Below, piece by piece: positions 29,435 through 32,000 of a DNA stretch of 32,000 bases. Both the position numbers and the translations under genes were made by a program. Positions within the stretch are counted from its first letter, which is position 1. Each line of letters starts with the position of its first letter. Where the stretch lies: positions 3,390,001 to 3,422,000 of the forward strand of contig NZ_CP015137.1 in the NCBI RefSeq assembly GCF_001644705.1. The letters run 5' to 3'. The notes below the pieces were generated by a model, which saw only the letters and a list, made by a program, of their open reading frames with translations, was not told the DNA's origin and did not search any database. The DNA comes from Dickeya solani IPO 2222. Lineage in GTDB: Bacteria > Pseudomonadota > Gammaproteobacteria > Enterobacterales > Enterobacteriaceae.

Positions 29435-30565
29435 TTACAGCTGGAAGTCGCTGAGGTCGTCGGTGTTGATTTCCGCGTCAATCTGGCCGACCAGGTAGGA
29501 GCTCACCTCCACTTCCTGCGGCGCCACCTGCACGTTGTCCGATACCAGCCAGGCGTTGATCCAGGGAATCGGGTTGGTGCGGGTTTCAAACGGCAACGGC
29601 AACCCCACCGCCTGCATACGGATGTTGGTGATGTACTCCACGTACTGGCACAGGATGTCCTTGTTCAGGCCGATCATCGAGCCGTCGCGGAACAGGTATT
29701 CCGCCCACTCTTTCTCCTGCTGGGCGGCCAGCAGGAACAGGTCGTAGCACTGCTGCTGGCACTCTTCCGCTATTTTAGCCATTTCCGGATCGTCCTGACC
29801 GGCGCGCATCAGGTTGAGCATGTGCTGGGTGCCGGTCAGATGCAGCGCTTCATCACGGGCGATCAGCTTGATGATCTTGGCGTTGCCTTCCATCAGCTCG
29901 CGCTCGGCGAAAGCGAAGGAGCAGGCGAAGCTGACGTAGAAGCGGATGGCTTCCAACGCGTTGACGCTCATCAGGCACAGGTAGAGTTTTTTCTTCAACT
30001 CATACACGTTGATGTTCACGGTCTTGCCGTTGACCTGATGGGTGCCTTCTCCCAACAAATGGTAGTAGCTGGTCAGTTCAATCAGCTCATCGTAGAACCC
30101 GGAGATGTCCTTCGCCCGTTTGAGGATTTCCTCATTGGTGACGATATCGTCAAACACGACAGACGGATCGTTGACGATGTTGCGGATGATGTGGGTATAG
30201 GAACGGGAGTGAATAGTTTCCGAGAACGCCCAGGTTTCCACCCAGGTTTCCAGTTCCGGGATGGAGATGAGCGGCAGCAACGCGACGTTAGGGCTACGGC
30301 CCTGAATGGAGTCCAGCAGCGTCTGGTATTTCAGGTTGCTGATAAAAATGTGTTTTTCGTGCTCCGGCAATGCCTGATAGTCGATACGGTCGCGGGAAAC
30401 ATCCACCTCTTCCGGGCGCCAGAAGAACGAAAGCTGTTTTTCGATCAGCTTTTCGAAAATTTCATATTTTTGCTGATCGTAACGCGCCACGTTAACCGGC
30501 TGGCCGAAAAACATCGGTTCCAGCAACTGATTGTTTTTATTCTGTGAAAAAGTGGTATAGGCCAT
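29435..30565 (-). CDS. nrdB: Class Ia ribonucleotide reductase beta subunit
   Basis: Starting at ATG 30565 ([11 protein letters not shown]...) gives 376 aa, the same length as E. coli NrdB and nearly identical to it. There is a GGAGA RBS. Confidence 0.97.
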   Translation of the reverse strand: MAYTTFSQNKNNQLLEPMFFGQPVNVARYDQQKYEIFEKLIEKQLSFFWRPEEVDVSRDRIDYQALPEHEKHIFISNLKYQTLLDSIQGRSPNVALLPLISIPELETWVETWAFSETIHSRSYTHIIRNIVNDPSVVFDDIVTNEEILKRAKDISGFYDELIELTSYYHLLGEGTHQVNGKTVNINVYELKKKLYLCLMSVNALEAIRFYVSFACSFAFAERELMEGNAKIIKLIARDEALHLTGTQHMLNLMRAGQDDPEMAKIAEECQQQCYDLFLLAAQQEKEWAEYLFRDGSMIGLNKDILCQYVEYITNIRMQAVGLPLPFETRTNPIPWINAWLVSDNVQVAPQEVEVSSYLVGQIDAEINTDDLSDFQL

Positions 30566-30743
30566 GGTTTCTCCAAACAAGCCAACAGCGCGACCCGTAA
30601 GGCGGCGCTGTTAAACTTTTGGCAACCCGAACGGGTTGCGTCGTCTCTGCGTCAGGCGCTATCCCGGCAAGGCAGCGACGACAGGATTAGGAATATCGTC
30701 ACGCCGGGGAAATCCACTGTCGCGGATTTTCCCGGCGTCGAGC

Positions 30744-32000
30744 TTAGATCTTGCAGGCGCCGCTTTCGCAGCCGTCATCCTGCGGAGCGGTGTCGAGCAG
30801 GTCATCCTGCGCGTCTTCGGCCCCGTCGCGGGTGTTTTGATAGTACAGGGTTTTCAACCCGAACTTATACGCCGTGAGCAGATCTTTCAGCAACTGGGTC
30901 ATCGGCACTTTTCCTGACGGGAAGCGTGCCGGATCGTAGTTGGTATTGGAGGAAATCGCCTGATCGATAAATTTCTGCATCAGGCCCACCAGTTGCAGGT
31001 AACCGTCGTTGGACGGCATGTCCCACAGCAGCTCATAGGCGTCTTTCAGCGTTTCGTACTCCGGCACGACCTGGCGCAAGATACCGTCTTTCGACGCTTT
31101 GACGCTGATATGACCGCGCGGCGGCTCAATGCCGTTGGTGGCATTGGAAATCTGCGACGAGGTTTCAGACGGCATCAGCGCCGACAACGTGGAGTTGCGC
31201 AGGCCATAGGTCTGGATGTCTTTACGCAGCGCTTCCCAGTCATGGTGCAGTGGTTCGCTGCAAATATTGTCCAGATCGCGCTTATAGCTGTCGATCGGCA
31301 AAATGCCCTGCGAATACGTGGTTTCGTTAAACCACGGGCAGGCACCCTGTTCGCGCGCCAGCTGATTCGAGGCTTTCAGCAGATAGTACTGAATCGCTTC
31401 GAAGGTGCGGTGCGTTAGGTTGTTGGCGCTGCCGTCGGAGTAGCGCACGCCGTGCTTCGCCAGATAGTAAGCGAAGTTGATCACGCCGATGCCCAGCGTG
31501 CGGCGTCCCATTGCGCCGCGTTTGGCGGCCAGAATCGGGTAGTCCTGATAGTCGAGCAGGGCATCCAGAGCACGCACCGCCAATGTCGCCAATTCTTCCA
31601 GCTCGTGCAGCGAACTGATGGCACCCAGATTGAAGGCCGACAGGGTACAGAGCGCGATTTCGCCGCTTTCATCGTTGACGTCTTCCAGCGGTTTGGTCGG
31701 CAGCGCGATTTCCAGACACAGGTTGGACTGGCGCACCGGGGCGACCAGTGGATCAAACGGGCTGTGCGTGTTGCAGTGGTCGACGTTCTGGATATAGATA
31801 CGGCCGGTTGAGGCGCGTTCCTGCATCATCAGTGAGAACAGTTCCGCCGCCTTGAGCTGCTTCTTGCGAATGCTGCCGTCCTGCTCGTATTTCACGTACA
31901 GGCGCTCGAATTCATCCTGATTGTTGAAGAAAGCATCGTACAGCCCCGGCACGTCGGACGGGCTGAACAGCGTGATGTCTTCGCCTTTGACCAAACGCTG
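30744..32000 (-). CDS. nrdA: Class Ia ribonucleotide reductase alpha subunit, C-terminal ~418 codons (5' end outside window)
   Basis: The frame stays open to the window edge. ...QRLVKGEDITLFSPSDVPGLYDAFF...SNLCLEI...CESGACKI is collinear with the E. coli NrdA C-terminus. Confidence 0.97.
   Translation of the reverse strand, partial: QRLVKGEDITLFSPSDVPGLYDAFFNNQDEFERLYVKYEQDGSIRKKQLKAAELFSLMMQERASTGRIYIQNVDHCNTHSPFDPLVAPVRQSNLCLEIALPTKPLEDVNDESGEIALCTLSAFNLGAISSLHELEELATLAVRALDALLDYQDYPILAAKRGAMGRRTLGIGVINFAYYLAKHGVRYSDGSANNLTHRTFEAIQYYLLKASNQLAREQGACPWFNETTYSQGILPIDSYKRDLDNICSEPLHHDWEALRKDIQTYGLRNSTLSALMPSETSSQISNATNGIEPPRGHISVKASKDGILRQVVPEYETLKDAYELLWDMPSNDGYLQLVGLMQKFIDQAISSNTNYDPARFPSGKVPMTQLLKDLLTAYKFGLKTLYYQNTRDGAEDAQDDLLDTAPQDDGCESGACKI

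Noticed and set aside
28844-30547. 567-aa plus-strand ORF spanning qmcA, yfaE and nrdB in antisense. Other long antisense ORFs fall in the same class: 585-1400, 5273-6016, 6262-7173, 7471-8046, 10241-11122, 11370-11978, 12185-12769, 15506-16594, 24999-26012 and 27120-27560.
   Set aside because: All lie opposite genes with unambiguous homology. Their products are R/Q/G/H-rich low-complexity strings with no recognisable motifs or RBS. They are typical shadow ORFs of GC3-rich coding DNA.

Overview
The window is mostly core chromosome of an Enterobacterales gamma-proteobacterium. Gene order is mscK-ybaM-priC-miaE-ybaN-apt-dnaX-ybaB-recR-htpG-adk-hemH-ybaL-ushA, then ybaK-ybaP-copA-cueR-ybbJ-qmcA. 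As far as I recall, this mirrors the E. coli K-12 mscK-to-qmcA region, but aes/gsk, fsr and glsA-ybaT are absent and miaE is present. At about 29.1 kb it joins yfaE-nrdB-nrdA on the minus strand; nrdA runs off the window.

The only clearly accessory DNA is a roughly 5.5 kb insertion between ushA and ybaK (about 17.1-22.6 kb). Its left part is visibly AT-rich. It carries four genes:
- an orphan 132-aa secreted cysteine-containing protein
- an orphan 123-aa protein
- an sCache-type methyl-accepting chemotaxis protein
- a GH28 polygalacturonase homologue preceded by a perfect KdgR box

The KdgR-controlled pectinase and a GC-rich core suggest a soft-rot Pectobacteriaceae (Dickeya-like) host. That is inference only.

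I found no tRNA, rRNA, IS element, prophage, CRISPR array, or recognisable defence or toxin-antitoxin system. I cannot honestly point to a multi-gene novel system.

The strongest leads are:
- copA encodes three HMA domains and carries a complete candidate -1 frameshift cassette (SD-like motif, C CCA AAA heptamer, immediate -1 stop, 11-bp hairpin). It would yield a two-domain copper chaperone.
- A 1.3 kb AT-rich cassette is bracketed by a degenerate direct duplication of the ushA terminator.
- The chemoreceptor is paired with a KdgR-boxed GH28 gene whose conserved GHG motif reads GRG.
- Several orphan RNA-structure elements occur in spacers (htpG-adk, upstream of qmcA, upstream of ybaL, and at 17.4 kb).

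All homology statements come from by-eye comparison with remembered E. coli and Salmonella proteins. No database search was run.
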